Source: Candidatus Poribacteria bacterium (lineage in GTDB: Bacteria; Poribacteria; WGA-4E; PCPOR2b). Taken from it: a DNA stretch of 64,000 nucleotides. Position 1 is the first letter of the stretch. Every line of letters starts with the position of its first letter. The DNA lies in assembly GCA_965208675.1 (NCBI GenBank), contig OZ242351.1, positions 1,792,001-1,856,000 of the forward strand, written 5' to 3'. The position numbers and the translations under genes are program-made. The notes below the pieces were generated by a model, which was not told where the DNA came from, ran no database searches, and worked only from the letters and a program-made list of their open reading frames with translations. Shown here piece after piece: positions 1 through 10,071 of the stretch.

Positions 1-1435
1 TTTCACGCGCTTCTAATAGGACAACCTCTGAAACCACGGCATTGGGGCCAGCCAAGCGGTTGAAACTGAGCGCAATTTTACCGTCGGCGTAGGCCTTAAC
101 CGGAATTGGGTAGGTGCGAGATTCTGCCGTCCCACGCGGGATTTCAATCGCGTCGTGCAGGATAAACCCGTCAACCGTTAGGTTTTGAATTCGCCGCCCG
201 TTGTTTTTTTGCAGGTAGGTTACCCTTACCCAATAAAAAAAGGACGGGTGTAATTCAGCATACCTGATTTTTACCGCGTCATAGTGGTAAGCGAAGCTTC
301 TCTGCTCGAACGTATTGCCCAAATCAACTTTGTCCGACTCGTTGCCCGCTGGCAAAAAATAGCGGTTTTCGTCTCCCGTGTCCCGATCAAACGCAAAACC
401 CTGTTCAAGGTGCGGCGCAAAGGCATTTTCATCGAATCCAAGATTTTCGTGGTGCATCTGAACTGCATTATAATCGCTCAGCGGTCGATTAACCGGGCGC
501 ACCGGTCGATAGTCATCGGTAAAAACTTCAAATTCTCGTATCTCCGGATAATCGCCGTACCAATCGCCGTGTTCGATGCGCATACGGATATACCGCGCTG
601 AAACGGTCGAACTAAACAGTTGAAAATCTGTTACGGTTTCATCGGGAAGACTTTCGGAGGTGTAGTGTTCTGTGTAACGCCGCCCGTCGACACTGGTTAA
701 AACCCGATAGCGCCTGACGTTGTTACCGGGACCATCGGTTGTTACACGAACCCCGTAGATTTTTTGCACTTCTCTCAAACTGCCCGTAACCACCACCGCA
801 CTAGCTGGCGGTTTGAATGAGATTTCTTTCCACGTGTTTTCGCCCTCCTCAACCGTTTTCTCTATCCGCTGTGCGCCGACCCATTTCGAGGCTTCATAGG
901 GGAGGAAATCTATGAGATTGTTGAGTTCGACGGAATTGTAGTTGCTGTCAATTTCCAGAAGTGGGCTGTGGGATTGGTAGCGCACGCCGACGCGGAAATC
1001 ATCGCCTCTCAATTCTGGTTTGTTACTGAACCAATCGTTAATGACTACTTGCACCCAACGCGCTTCGGCAGGAATAGAGAGGGAATGGAGCGGGTTGGTA
1101 TATTCTCGTGAACTGCCGATGTAGGAAAACGCACGTTCGAAACGCTCTTCTGTCCGCACGGTGTCAACGAGCAAATCGAACCGTTTAGGACCGCTCTCAT
1201 CAGCATCTTCGAACGGTATGTTTGCTCTATCGATTTTATAGACAAATCCTAAATCAAACGTCTCAACAATCGGATCCGCACGCAGAATATCCGTGTAGTG
1301 GAGTGGTTCATTTTCGAGTCGGCGCACGGGTTCGATGAACCGTTGGTTCCTATCAGTCGCGGCATCTTCGCGCGGATAAAAGAGGAATCCGAGCAACACA
1401 GCAGCGCCGCCGAGAAGGATGTATTTGATGTTCAT
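1..1435 (-). CDS. Membrane-anchored/secreted protein with discoidin (F5/8 type C)-like and malectin-like domains; runs off the left edge
   Basis: Not in the ORF track. Manual translation from ATG 1435 is open to the window edge: MNIKYILLGGAAVLLGFLFYP (hydrophobic N-terminus), YRVLTSVDGRRY...SARYIRMRI...EIREFEV (discoidin-like), RRIQNLTVDG...DGKIALSF...NAVVSEV (malectin-like). Confidence 0.7.
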   Translation of the reverse strand, partial: MNIKYILLGGAAVLLGFLFYPREDAATDRNQRFIEPVRRLENEPLHYTDILRADPIVETFDLGFVYKIDRANIPFEDADESGPKRFDLLVDTVRTEERFERAFSYIGSSREYTNPLHSLSIPAEARWVQVVINDWFSNKPELRGDDFRVGVRYQSHSPLLEIDSNYNSVELNNLIDFLPYEASKWVGAQRIEKTVEEGENTWKEISFKPPASAVVVTGSLREVQKIYGVRVTTDGPGNNVRRYRVLTSVDGRRYTEHYTSESLPDETVTDFQLFSSTVSARYIRMRIEHGDWYGDYPEIREFEVFTDDYRPVRPVNRPLSDYNAVQMHHENLGFDENAFAPHLEQGFAFDRDTGDENRYFLPAGNESDKVDLGNTFEQRSFAYHYDAVKIRYAELHPSFFYWVRVTYLQKNNGRRIQNLTVDGFILHDAIEIPRGTAESRTYPIPVKAYADGKIALSFNRLAGPNAVVSEVVLLEARE

Positions 1436-1523
1436 GAGGAGCTACACCTCATTAAAGAAACAGCGGTTAGTTGCCACTGGCCAGTGTAGTGCGCGTGCAT
1501 TAGTCTTAACCGGGCGCGCTCCA

Positions 1524-2012
1524 CTAATCATTCTCCACCGCTTTTTCACGGATTGACTTAATCAAATCTGTAGTCGATTTGCCCGGCACCTGCAATCCGA
1601 GGATTACCTCTCCGCCGTTCGCTTCGACAACTTGTCTTTCAACGACTTCCTCTATCGCATAGTTTCCACCCTTAACGTGAATGTTCGGTTTGAGTACGGC
1701 TAGCAGCGCGATCGGATTCAATTCCGAGAAAACCGTAACGTAATCGACGCATTCTAAGCCCGCCAAGATTTCAGCGCGTTCATCCTCGGGCTGAATCGGA
1801 CGATTCCTCCCTTTTAACGCCCGAACTGACGCATCGCTATTGATCCCCACAACAAGCAAATCCCCAAGTTCCCGTGCAACCTGCAAATAGCGCAGGTGAC
1901 CGACGTGCAATACGTCGAAACAGCCGTTCGTCGTTACGACGGTTTTTCCGCAAGCCTTTGCCTGATTAATAGTGCTTGCTAGTTGTTCTCGGGACTGGAT
2001 TTTCTTAGACAT
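1524..2012 (-). CDS. rfaE2: D-glycero-beta-D-manno-heptose 1-phosphate adenylyltransferase (HldE C-terminal domain / RfaE2)
   Basis: TNGCFDVLHVGHLRYL, VGINSDASVRALKG, KGGNY, GKSTT motifs; ATG 2012 preceded by GAGGG. Confidence 0.92.
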   Translation of the reverse strand: MSKKIQSREQLASTINQAKACGKTVVTTNGCFDVLHVGHLRYLQVARELGDLLVVGINSDASVRALKGRNRPIQPEDERAEILAGLECVDYVTVFSELNPIALLAVLKPNIHVKGGNYAIEEVVERQVVEANGGEVILGLQVPGKSTTDLIKSIREKAVEND

Positions 2013-2074
2013 GGCTGTGCCCTCAACCATTGGATAAACGCAAAATTAAATTATGTGAGGCGTTTGGCGCTGAT

Positions 2075-2863
2075 TTAGTATATCTCAAAGGCATCATTCT
2101 TTAACCAACCGGACTTACCATCCCGCCGTTGGATTTTTGACCACTCCTGTTGAAGCTCTTTCACGCGAATGACCGCCCCTTCGTGCAGTGTAAAATGTGA
2201 AGTGGCATCCCCGGACGGCTCAAATCTGATCGGGGCAACTTCAGAGATAATGACGGCTTTTCGTTGAAATTGGGTATCGTAGAGCTCAAGCGATAGTGAA
2301 ATTAAGGAAAAGAACAGAAGGCAACCAAGAACCGCAGCGCTATAGTAAAAACTTCTACGCAGCCGCTTTAAAGGCAAACTTAGGGTTAAAACCGCCATCA
2401 AACCGAGGTAGAGAAAAAAGACGGCAATTGTCAACTCATCCGTATTCAGGAGGCGCTTCAGTACGAAAACCTTATGCAGCAACCCTTCTTTAGATTTCGG
2501 CGTTGGATTGCTTTCGTCCAATGAAAGTGCATAGTTTAGATTGGACTTTATGTCCGCGTCGCGGGGCAATCGGTGCAACGCCCGCTCATAATTCAGAATC
2601 GCCTTCCCACGGTTCCCAACCTTAAAGTAGGCGTTCGCAAGGTTGTAATATAGATGCCCATCTTTAAACTCCATCGAAACCAACTGTTCATAGGCTTTGA
2701 TGGCTTCAGTATACCGCTCGTCCTTGAAATAACCATTACCTTGGAAAAAAAGCGTGTTCGGCTGGTTAACCTTCTCCGCTATACTTGCCTGGAGAACCAA
2801 GAGAAAAAAGGCAATGATGAAAAGAACGCAATTTAATTTTTGAATCTTAAGGCGATTGACCAT
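2075..2863 (-). CDS. batE: BatE-like TPR + transmembrane + C-terminal SH3b protein
   Basis: Signal peptide, TPR (YYNLANAYFK, AILNYERA), two TM helices, LHEG...EWSKI...GKSGWL SH3-like end; position in Bat operon. Confidence 0.8.
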   Translation of the reverse strand: MVNRLKIQKLNCVLFIIAFFLLVLQASIAEKVNQPNTLFFQGNGYFKDERYTEAIKAYEQLVSMEFKDGHLYYNLANAYFKVGNRGKAILNYERALHRLPRDADIKSNLNYALSLDESNPTPKSKEGLLHKVFVLKRLLNTDELTIAVFFLYLGLMAVLTLSLPLKRLRRSFYYSAAVLGCLLFFSLISLSLELYDTQFQRKAVIISEVAPIRFEPSGDATSHFTLHEGAVIRVKELQQEWSKIQRRDGKSGWLKNDAFEIY

Positions 2864-2956
2864 GAACTGTGCTTCGGCTTAATGATAAACAATTTTGAAA
2901 CGAGGAATGCTTTCAGTTTGATCCGTGGACAACGACTAAACGTTTGATGGGCGCTT

Positions 2957-4783
2957 CTAATTAGAACGATCTGAAAGGAGCTTCATGGATTCTTCGGTTA
3001 ACGTCAACAGGCGCTGCATTTGCTCCTGGCTGATTTCCTCGGGTGCAAACCTGACGCTGTCACAGGATTCAAAGAAGTCCCGTAGCTTCTCCTGAGCATC
3101 GTCCTTGACGCCGTGTTTGCCCAACTCCTCCACAACCTCGCTAGTAATGCCCGCCGATGGAAGCGCGAATTGATCGCCGATGTATTCCTGCATTGATCTG
3201 AAAATAACGTCGCAAAACGCGCCGGTTTGGCCAGCACCCGCGAGTTTTCTTGCAGCATCAAGCCCCTTCTTCGCTTTCCGCGGCGCCTGTCTCCGTCGAG
3301 CATAGATGATGTCGCCGGTCAGCTTGTCTTTGCGTTTCTGGTAGATGAGCACACCAAAAAATGCGATGAGCGGCAAGGTTTGCGCAAAGAGGAAAAGACC
3401 ATTTTGATAGAGATAGGTATTCCCCCGCTGAAGGCCTTTCATCGAATCCTTGATGTACAAGATGTCCCGACCCAATTTCTCTCGCTTAACCGTTTTTTCA
3501 GCTCCAGGCAAGTCGACAATCTTTAACCCCTCTTCACCTGCTATTGCTGTTACGCGTATCGGAATCTCTCCCTTTTTTATGGTATGATATTTTTCATGTT
3601 CGGGGTCAAAATAACTGAATCGAATCTCCGGTATGGCTTTGACGCTTGCATCTTCCGGAATGAGCACCTGCTCAAAACTTTTTCCGTGATCATCCGTCTT
3701 GATTTGCGGATCGTAAGTTTTGAATCGATCCAAACCGAATATCCTTGGCAAGGAGACAGTTTCAATGTTGCCTCTGCCTGTGACATGTATTGTCAGCGTA
3801 ATTGGTTCCCCGACTTTGACGTCCCTCGGTTTGGCTTCAACTTGAAGGGTGTACTGTCCTACAGCGCCTGAAAAGTCGCGCGGTTTACCATCTTGTGGAT
3901 GGGCTAGCACGTTAATTTTCAGCGGATCGGATTTCAAGACGATGCGGCGTTTTTCAGCTCGACCAAAGAAATTATCGAAGGGAGAATGATTAAAAACAAT
4001 TTCGTCGTCATATATCGAATTCCGTCTTCGACTCTGTTCCTTCAAAACTAGGTTACACTTTAGTTGTGCGGGACCAAAAGTCAATTGTCCGGTTGAGACC
4101 GGATAGACGACAGTTTCGAAGTTGAGGCAGTTATAACGGACACCATCAATGACTTCCTCTGTCCGGGACGGCTCGGTAAATTCCCTCACGGAAAACGCAC
4201 TGGCTAAAAAGGTAGGATACTCGATTTCGCGAACTTCGACTTTGCGATGATAGAGTTTAATGGTGATTGGGAACGCTTCGTTAAGGTAGACTCTCTCTTT
4301 TGCAGCAGTCAGCGTGAGATAGATGTGATCTTTCAACTCATCACCTTGTGGGTCTCCGTTTTTCCGCTCAGCCGCCCCGCGTTTGATTATGTCGACCGTT
4401 ATCGGCTCGGTCCGGTAACTCTTCCCTTTATACGTCACCTCAATTGAATTGATTGAATATTTGCCGACCTTCAGCGCCGTCAGCCCGTATCTATGCTTTA
4501 TTGACGCGGAAATCTGTCCGTTGACAATTGATATTTGCGAGTTCGGTCCCTGATAACGGGATTGAAATCCTTCCATATCGGGCAATTCCGGCGCGATTAT
4601 AGATTGTACGCCATCTACCTCCACGGTGAGTTGAATTCTACCCCCAACGGGAACAATTTTTCTATCCACAGATGCTGAAACTGCAACCTCATCTGCAATA
4701 GCCGTTGGGTTTTGTAGAAAGGGTGTTCCGATGAACAAAACGGTAAGAAACCGTAGCAATTTGTATTTGTAGTTTGTTTTCAT
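2957..4783 (-). CDS. batD: BatD family protein
   Basis: Signal peptide, repeated Ig-like BatD modules (FSGAVGQY, VKVGEPITL, GRGNI, FSYFDP), C-terminal TM. Confidence 0.88.
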   Translation of the reverse strand: MKTNYKYKLLRFLTVLFIGTPFLQNPTAIADEVAVSASVDRKIVPVGGRIQLTVEVDGVQSIIAPELPDMEGFQSRYQGPNSQISIVNGQISASIKHRYGLTALKVGKYSINSIEVTYKGKSYRTEPITVDIIKRGAAERKNGDPQGDELKDHIYLTLTAAKERVYLNEAFPITIKLYHRKVEVREIEYPTFLASAFSVREFTEPSRTEEVIDGVRYNCLNFETVVYPVSTGQLTFGPAQLKCNLVLKEQSRRRNSIYDDEIVFNHSPFDNFFGRAEKRRIVLKSDPLKINVLAHPQDGKPRDFSGAVGQYTLQVEAKPRDVKVGEPITLTIHVTGRGNIETVSLPRIFGLDRFKTYDPQIKTDDHGKSFEQVLIPEDASVKAIPEIRFSYFDPEHEKYHTIKKGEIPIRVTAIAGEEGLKIVDLPGAEKTVKREKLGRDILYIKDSMKGLQRGNTYLYQNGLFLFAQTLPLIAFFGVLIYQKRKDKLTGDIIYARRRQAPRKAKKGLDAARKLAGAGQTGAFCDVIFRSMQEYIGDQFALPSAGITSEVVEELGKHGVKDDAQEKLRDFFESCDSVRFAPEEISQEQMQRLLTLTEESMKLLSDRSN

Positions 4784-4849
4784 TGTCTAATCGTCAAATC
4801 GTTATCGAGCTAGTGCAAAAACTAAACGTGTATCTATGCACACTTCACA

Positions 4850-5656
4850 CTACCAATCTTTGAAATTTTCAGGATAACCGGTACCGGGCTTGCGGCGTCG
4901 GATGAGTTGCTGCTGTTCTTCATCTTTCAAAGCATCTAAGAGTTTTAACGCCTCCGCTTTTGTCATCTCGCCATTTTCTTCGGAGGATTGCGGGGAAGTG
5001 TTCTGTTCGCTATCCTTTTGTTCCGGAGTTTCTTGTTGGTTATCTTTTTTTTGTTTTTGTTCCTCCGGCGTCTTAGCGTCTTGCGGCTCATCCCGTTGAG
5101 AATTTTCCTTTTTCTCGTCTTGTTTCTCCTCATTCTGCCGATCGGAATCTTGGTTTTGCTGTTGGTTCTGACGCTGCTGCCTATCCTCAAGTTCTTTTAT
5201 CTTGCGCTGGACGACCTCATAGTTGAATTTGGCATCCATATTCTTGGGATTTAGGTCGATAGCGCGTCTATATGACTCCAATGCCTCTCGGTAAAGTGTG
5301 ATTGCCCCAGTTGCGCTGGAGCTTTCCATACGCTGTCCCTGTTTATATTTACAGTTGCCAATACTATATTGTCCCTTCTCCTCAAGCGCGGGATAATCGA
5401 TCGATAGAGATTTTGTATACGCTTTCATCGCGCGTTCATAATCGCCCTTTTTGTAAGCGGATGCGCCTAAGTTATAATGAACGTCAGGAGATTCCGGTAG
5501 TTCAATCAGAACATCGGTATAACGATCCATGGCTTCGTCGTACATGCCTTCTTTAAACAGACGATTTCCGGCTTTGATCTTGTCCGCATTTGGGTTAATC
5601 CAGGCGATACACAGGATTGAAAATGCAAACATAATGACAATCGGTCTTACTTTCAT
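4850..5656 (-). CDS. batC: BatC-like TPR protein with Q/E/K-rich linker
   Basis: TPRs (HYNLGASAYKKGDY), low-complexity linker, MTKAEALKLLDAL and terminal KDW typical of BatC. Confidence 0.85.
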   Translation of the reverse strand: MKVRPIVIMFAFSILCIAWINPNADKIKAGNRLFKEGMYDEAMDRYTDVLIELPESPDVHYNLGASAYKKGDYERAMKAYTKSLSIDYPALEEKGQYSIGNCKYKQGQRMESSSATGAITLYREALESYRRAIDLNPKNMDAKFNYEVVQRKIKELEDRQQRQNQQQNQDSDRQNEEKQDEKKENSQRDEPQDAKTPEEQKQKKDNQQETPEQKDSEQNTSPQSSEENGEMTKAEALKLLDALKDEEQQQLIRRRKPGTGYPENFKDW

Positions 5657-5734
5657 AACTGATTCTTACCTCTTCTCAGATGCAAAGACCTGCCGCATGA
5701 TCCAACAGATACACGACGGTTCATGTTTTTGCAC

Positions 5735-6751
5735 TCAAACAAGTTCATTCACTGACCTCCTCCTATCGCCGATGCACGCTTCGGTGACAATCAAAATGAA
5801 CGCCGCTATTAAAGGTATCTGAAATCGATCCTCATAGCGTTTCCGCATTTGACTTTCCAACTCTTTCTTGTCCATTTTAGCGATTTTCTCTTCGTAGATT
5901 ACATCTAGCCCAAAGTTAGCGCCCGCCGCTTTAACATAGCTGCCGCCGGTCGTCAGCGCAATATTCTGTAAGGTAACCTCATCAAGTTTTGATTTCACAA
6001 CCTGCCCACGCCGGTCTTTAAGGAAAGCTGGGCTTCCGCCGTCATCAGTAATCTTAATAAGTTCACCTGTTTTTGTACCGATGCCGACACAGAATATTTT
6101 GATGTTCGCGTCTTCTAATTCTTTGGCGGCTACTACTGCATCACCTTCATGGGATTCGCCATCGGTGATGATAATTAAGGCTTTGTCATTGTCCCCGCTC
6201 GTACCAAACGCCTCCATCGCTGTTTGAATCGCCTCAGCGATGTTCGTGCCGCCGCGCGGAATGACAGCGGTGTTGATACGGTTTAACGTCAGTGCGCATG
6301 CGCCGTAATCTAACGTCAGCGGGCACTGCACAAACGCAGTTCCGGCGAAGGCGATTAACCCGACTCTGTCGCCTTTCAACAGATTGAGAAGGTCTTTTAC
6401 CGCTAATTTAGCCCTTTCCAACCGGTTGGGTTTAACATCCGCTGTCAGCATACTTCTTGAGGTGTCAATAGCAACCAAAATATCAACCCCGCGCCGTTTG
6501 ACCTCCTGCCAACGGAATCCCCATTTCGGGCCAATTAACGCTAAGACTAAAAAGAAGACGGCTAGAACCGTGAGTAACGCTTTGAGCTTCTGCTTAAAAG
6601 CGCTGACAGAGGAAGTCAAAATCGGAATCAGATGGGCTTCTGCGAACGCTTCAAGCGCCCGCCGCTTACGGCGAAACACCCAGGCGTAAAACAGCACTAT
6701 AACCGGAATTGACCAGAATAGATGAATGAATTGCAGGTTGCCGAACTTCAT
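5735..6751 (-). CDS. batB: BatB VWA-domain protein
   Basis: MIDAS DTSRSM, DVKPNRLERAK, PLTLDY, ITDGE; likely start MKFG at 6751. Confidence 0.88.
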   Translation of the reverse strand: MKFGNLQFIHLFWSIPVIVLFYAWVFRRKRRALEAFAEAHLIPILTSSVSAFKQKLKALLTVLAVFFLVLALIGPKWGFRWQEVKRRGVDILVAIDTSRSMLTADVKPNRLERAKLAVKDLLNLLKGDRVGLIAFAGTAFVQCPLTLDYGACALTLNRINTAVIPRGGTNIAEAIQTAMEAFGTSGDNDKALIIITDGESHEGDAVVAAKELEDANIKIFCVGIGTKTGELIKITDDGGSPAFLKDRRGQVVKSKLDEVTLQNIALTTGGSYVKAAGANFGLDVIYEEKIAKMDKKELESQMRKRYEDRFQIPLIAAFILIVTEACIGDRRRSVNELV

Positions 6752-6825
6752 AGCCGATCGGATTGAACATCGTTTCCGCGCCAAGCAGGTGCAGAACATG
6801 TGACCATTCAATCCACGTTGTCTTT

Positions 6826-7821
6826 CTAGGGTAATCTCCTCAATCGTGTATTTGCCAGTCCAATTTCGGTTAGGAAACAGAGCAACGCCGGCATTAGAAA
6901 GAACGGGTAAAATTCTTTGTATTCGAGATATTGGGGCGTTTCAAACTCTGTTTTCTCCATCTCGTCAATTTCATCGTATACCTGAAGCAGGTTGGCGGTA
7001 TCCGTGGATCGGAAATATCTACCGCCCGTCTCCTGTGCAATTCGGGTCAAGGATTCATCGTCAATTTCTATCTTTACCGGCTGATAGGTCTCGTGACCGA
7101 ATCGGCCGCGAACCGGGAATGGCGCCATTCCCTTCGTGCCCGCACCGATTGTATAAATTTTGACCCCAAGGGTTTTCGCAAGATTCGCGGCGGTTTCAGG
7201 GGAGATTCGTCCCACATTGTTGCGTCCGTCGGTCAATAAGATAATCACTTTGCTGTCCGCTGACGATTCGCGCAGCCGGTTGGTTCCTGTGGCAATTGCC
7301 GTTCCTATAGCGGTACCATCCTCAAGCATTCCAATCTGTGCCCTGTCCAGGTTTTGAATCAGCCAACCGTAGTCAAGTGTTAATGGACATAGCGTGTATG
7401 GGCGTCCGGCGAAAACCACAATTCCAATCCTATCGTTACTCCGACCCAGGACAAAATCTTTGACAACTTCCTTGACGACATGGAGACGGTTGTATCTTTC
7501 CCCCGCAATCTGAAAATCCTCCGCCCGCATGCTCGTAGATACGTCAATAACAAGCACGATGTCAATTCCCTCTCCCGTTAATTTGCTTTCCTCCACCCCC
7601 TTCTGTGGACGGGCGAGTCCGAACGCAATTAGCAAAATAGCTATGCATCTCAAAAACAGCAGTCCTTCGCGCCCCCTAATCGTCCAACTCGGATGAATTG
7701 CCTGAATGCTCCCGATTGACGAGAAACTCAAGCTTCCGCGCCGCGCTCCCTTAAAATGGAAATAAATTAACATCGGGATTGCCGTGATAGTCAGAAAGGC
7801 TAACGGATCGTCAAAAGTCAT
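6826..7821 (-). CDS. batA: BatA VWA-domain protein
   Basis: LARPQ, GIDIVLVIDVSTSM, DGTAIG, LLTDGRNN, TGGRYFR. Confidence 0.9.
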   Translation of the reverse strand: MTFDDPLAFLTITAIPMLIYFHFKGARRGSLSFSSIGSIQAIHPSWTIRGREGLLFLRCIAILLIAFGLARPQKGVEESKLTGEGIDIVLVIDVSTSMRAEDFQIAGERYNRLHVVKEVVKDFVLGRSNDRIGIVVFAGRPYTLCPLTLDYGWLIQNLDRAQIGMLEDGTAIGTAIATGTNRLRESSADSKVIILLTDGRNNVGRISPETAANLAKTLGVKIYTIGAGTKGMAPFPVRGRFGHETYQPVKIEIDDESLTRIAQETGGRYFRSTDTANLLQVYDEIDEMEKTEFETPQYLEYKEFYPFFLMPALLCFLTEIGLANTRLRRLP

Positions 7822-7917
7822 CGATTACCATAAACATAGCGGTCAGGCTAGCGAAATTTGCGTGCGATAGTTCATTGTCTGGCGGCGTTGGCGGCTCAAC
7901 CCGACCTACAATACTTC

Positions 7918-8952
7918 CTAAAGTGCAGTTTCAACAGAAGCGCTTTCACGGACAAACTGGGTAGCGGATTCATGAGCGGATTTCATCTCCGCTACATTAG
8001 GCCCGTATCGAGCGAACTTTACAAGATCGCAGTGTGCGAGAAAGCGACTCAACAATTTTTTGTGTTCATCTCTTAGTACACTATCCTTTGCTGCCGCAAC
8101 GAAAAATTCCTCGGTCGTCATTTCCGACGCCCGCAACCCGAAACGGTTTTCCAGATATGTTCGAACCGTATTCGACAGCAAGACATAGTATTCTTCAATG
8201 CGTCCCGCCTCAATAAGCCCCGAAGCCATGAGTGATTCCAGTTGTTCGTAAGCAATAACGTGCGGAGGTTTTTTGACAGTTTCTTCTTGGATTGTTTTTC
8301 GCCTTCTCAACCACAAAAACGCCGCGGCACCGCCTGCGATAACCAACATCACCGCGACAATGCCGATAAGGATCGGTGTATTGTTAACTGGAAGTTCCAC
8401 GGGACCGGGAATGTCTTTTATGTCCTGCGGTTCTTCGTCATCCGGCAGTACGCTCTTGACTTCAACGGTTACCGACTCCGCCTCAATTTCAAGTTTTCTC
8501 CCTGCCGCGTCTGTATAGAACACAACCGTCGCGGGAATAGTGTGGCTTCCAATCGTAAAAGAATCTAACGTATAACGCCGCTGATATACCATCCGTCCTT
8601 CATGCTTCCGAGGTTCGGCTTCGGCAACGTCTACGATGTCGAAACCGCCTATATTTTCACTAAATTGCGGAATTTTCACCGTGAACTCCGGATCAGCATC
8701 AACGGTGATGGTATACACGAATTTATCGCCAATATACACCGTATTCTGACTGGCATGAGTCGTGACGGCGAAAGACTCTCCTTTACGCTCTTGGGCGAAA
8801 ACAGCCGCTCTGGGTGACAATATGTATAGTAAGAGCGCGATGGTCAAAACTATTTCAATTTGACGACAAAGTGGGTTACCATCACGAGACATTGCGGATT
8901 TCTGTTGTAGTATGTATTTTTTGGCGATGTATCCGTTCGTTGTCCTGTTCAA
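7918..8952 (-). CDS. Bat-operon membrane protein (Ig-like domain, TM, C-terminal helical domain); start uncertain
   Basis: DIKDI, TM helix then RRRK, YLENRF..EMTTEE, DLVKFA motifs typical of the gene between DUF58 and batA. Confidence 0.75.
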   Translation of the reverse strand: MNRTTNGYIAKKYILQQKSAMSRDGNPLCRQIEIVLTIALLLYILSPRAAVFAQERKGESFAVTTHASQNTVYIGDKFVYTITVDADPEFTVKIPQFSENIGGFDIVDVAEAEPRKHEGRMVYQRRYTLDSFTIGSHTIPATVVFYTDAAGRKLEIEAESVTVEVKSVLPDDEEPQDIKDIPGPVELPVNNTPILIGIVAVMLVIAGGAAAFLWLRRRKTIQEETVKKPPHVIAYEQLESLMASGLIEAGRIEEYYVLLSNTVRTYLENRFGLRASEMTTEEFFVAAAKDSVLRDEHKKLLSRFLAHCDLVKFARYGPNVAEMKSAHESATQFVRESASVETAL

Positions 8953-9139
8953 TGGGTGACTGACCGCGGTGATAAAATTTGGCTTTGACGAGGGCGAGTT
9001 GGCACGCTACTGCCGCCGATTCCACAACTGTCTGCCTTAATGTAAGGGCAGGTCTCGTGCCTGCTCAAAATTCGCCGAACTCGGATTCATTCAATTTGTC
9101 ATGAGTCAACAGAACCTAGTACGGTTCGCGGATTCTCGC

Positions 9140-10015
9140 TCAATGCCGGCGCTCGCGCATACGAAAGAATTTCAAAAGCGGTTCAATATAAGGTTTATCC
9201 GTAAAGACATTAATCGTATCGACATTCGCCGAACGCAGCATGCGCGATTTCTGTTGCGCTTTCTCTGACGCTAGGCGCTGGAACGCTTCCCTAACGCGCC
9301 GAACCTTTGTGTCAATTTGGATTTTCTCACCAGTTTCCGCATCTTCTAATTCAAGGATTCCTACGTTTGGCAATTCTAGCTCTCTCGGATCAGTGATTGT
9401 GAGCGCAATGATGTCGTGCCGCCTGTTTGCAATTTGTAAAGGCCGTTCGTAGTCCGCCGCCAAAAAGTCGGAGATGAGAAATGCGACCGTCCGGCGAATA
9501 GTGACGCGATTCAGGTATTCCAGTGCGGCGGCGATGTCCGTGCCTCGTCCGTGGGGTTCAAATGATAGCGCCTCGCTGATGACGCGCAACACGTGGCGCC
9601 GCCCTTTTTGAGGCGGCACATACTTTTCGATTCTGTCTGTGAAAATGATTAACCCGACTTTATCGTTGTTCTTAATTGCGGAGAACGCTATTACGGCGCA
9701 GAGTTCGGCGGAAAGTTCACCCTTGCGTTGCTTAACCGATCCGAATGTTGTCGATGCGCTCGCATCTAAAAGAAGCATCACGGTCAATTCACGTTCCTCG
9801 ACGTACTTTTTAAGGAACGGGCGGCCCATCCGAGCGGTTACGTTCCAATCAATCGCGCGTATCTCGTCGCCCGGCTGGTACTCACGCACCTCTTCAAACT
9901 CCATACCCTGCCCTTTAAATACGCTTTCATATTGCCCGCCTAGGACATCGTTCACCATGTGTCTGGTGCGAATATCAATCCGGCGAATCTTTTTGAGAAT
10001 ATCTTCAGGTATCAT
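9140..10015 (-). CDS. DUF58 (MoxR-associated VWA-like) protein
   Basis: GQGMEFEEVREYQPGDEIRAIDWNVTAR, EERELTV, ISDF. Confidence 0.92.
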   Translation of the reverse strand: MIPEDILKKIRRIDIRTRHMVNDVLGGQYESVFKGQGMEFEEVREYQPGDEIRAIDWNVTARMGRPFLKKYVEERELTVMLLLDASASTTFGSVKQRKGELSAELCAVIAFSAIKNNDKVGLIIFTDRIEKYVPPQKGRRHVLRVISEALSFEPHGRGTDIAAALEYLNRVTIRRTVAFLISDFLAADYERPLQIANRRHDIIALTITDPRELELPNVGILELEDAETGEKIQIDTKVRRVREAFQRLASEKAQQKSRMLRSANVDTINVFTDKPYIEPLLKFFRMRERRH

Positions 10016-10071
10016 ATCTACTATTTAACACAGGGAGTTTTGAAGACTACCGCCTATATTGACCTGACACC

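Noticed and set aside
4960-5200. Low-complexity T-rich tract
   Set aside because: It encodes the ordinary Q/E/K-rich BatC linker
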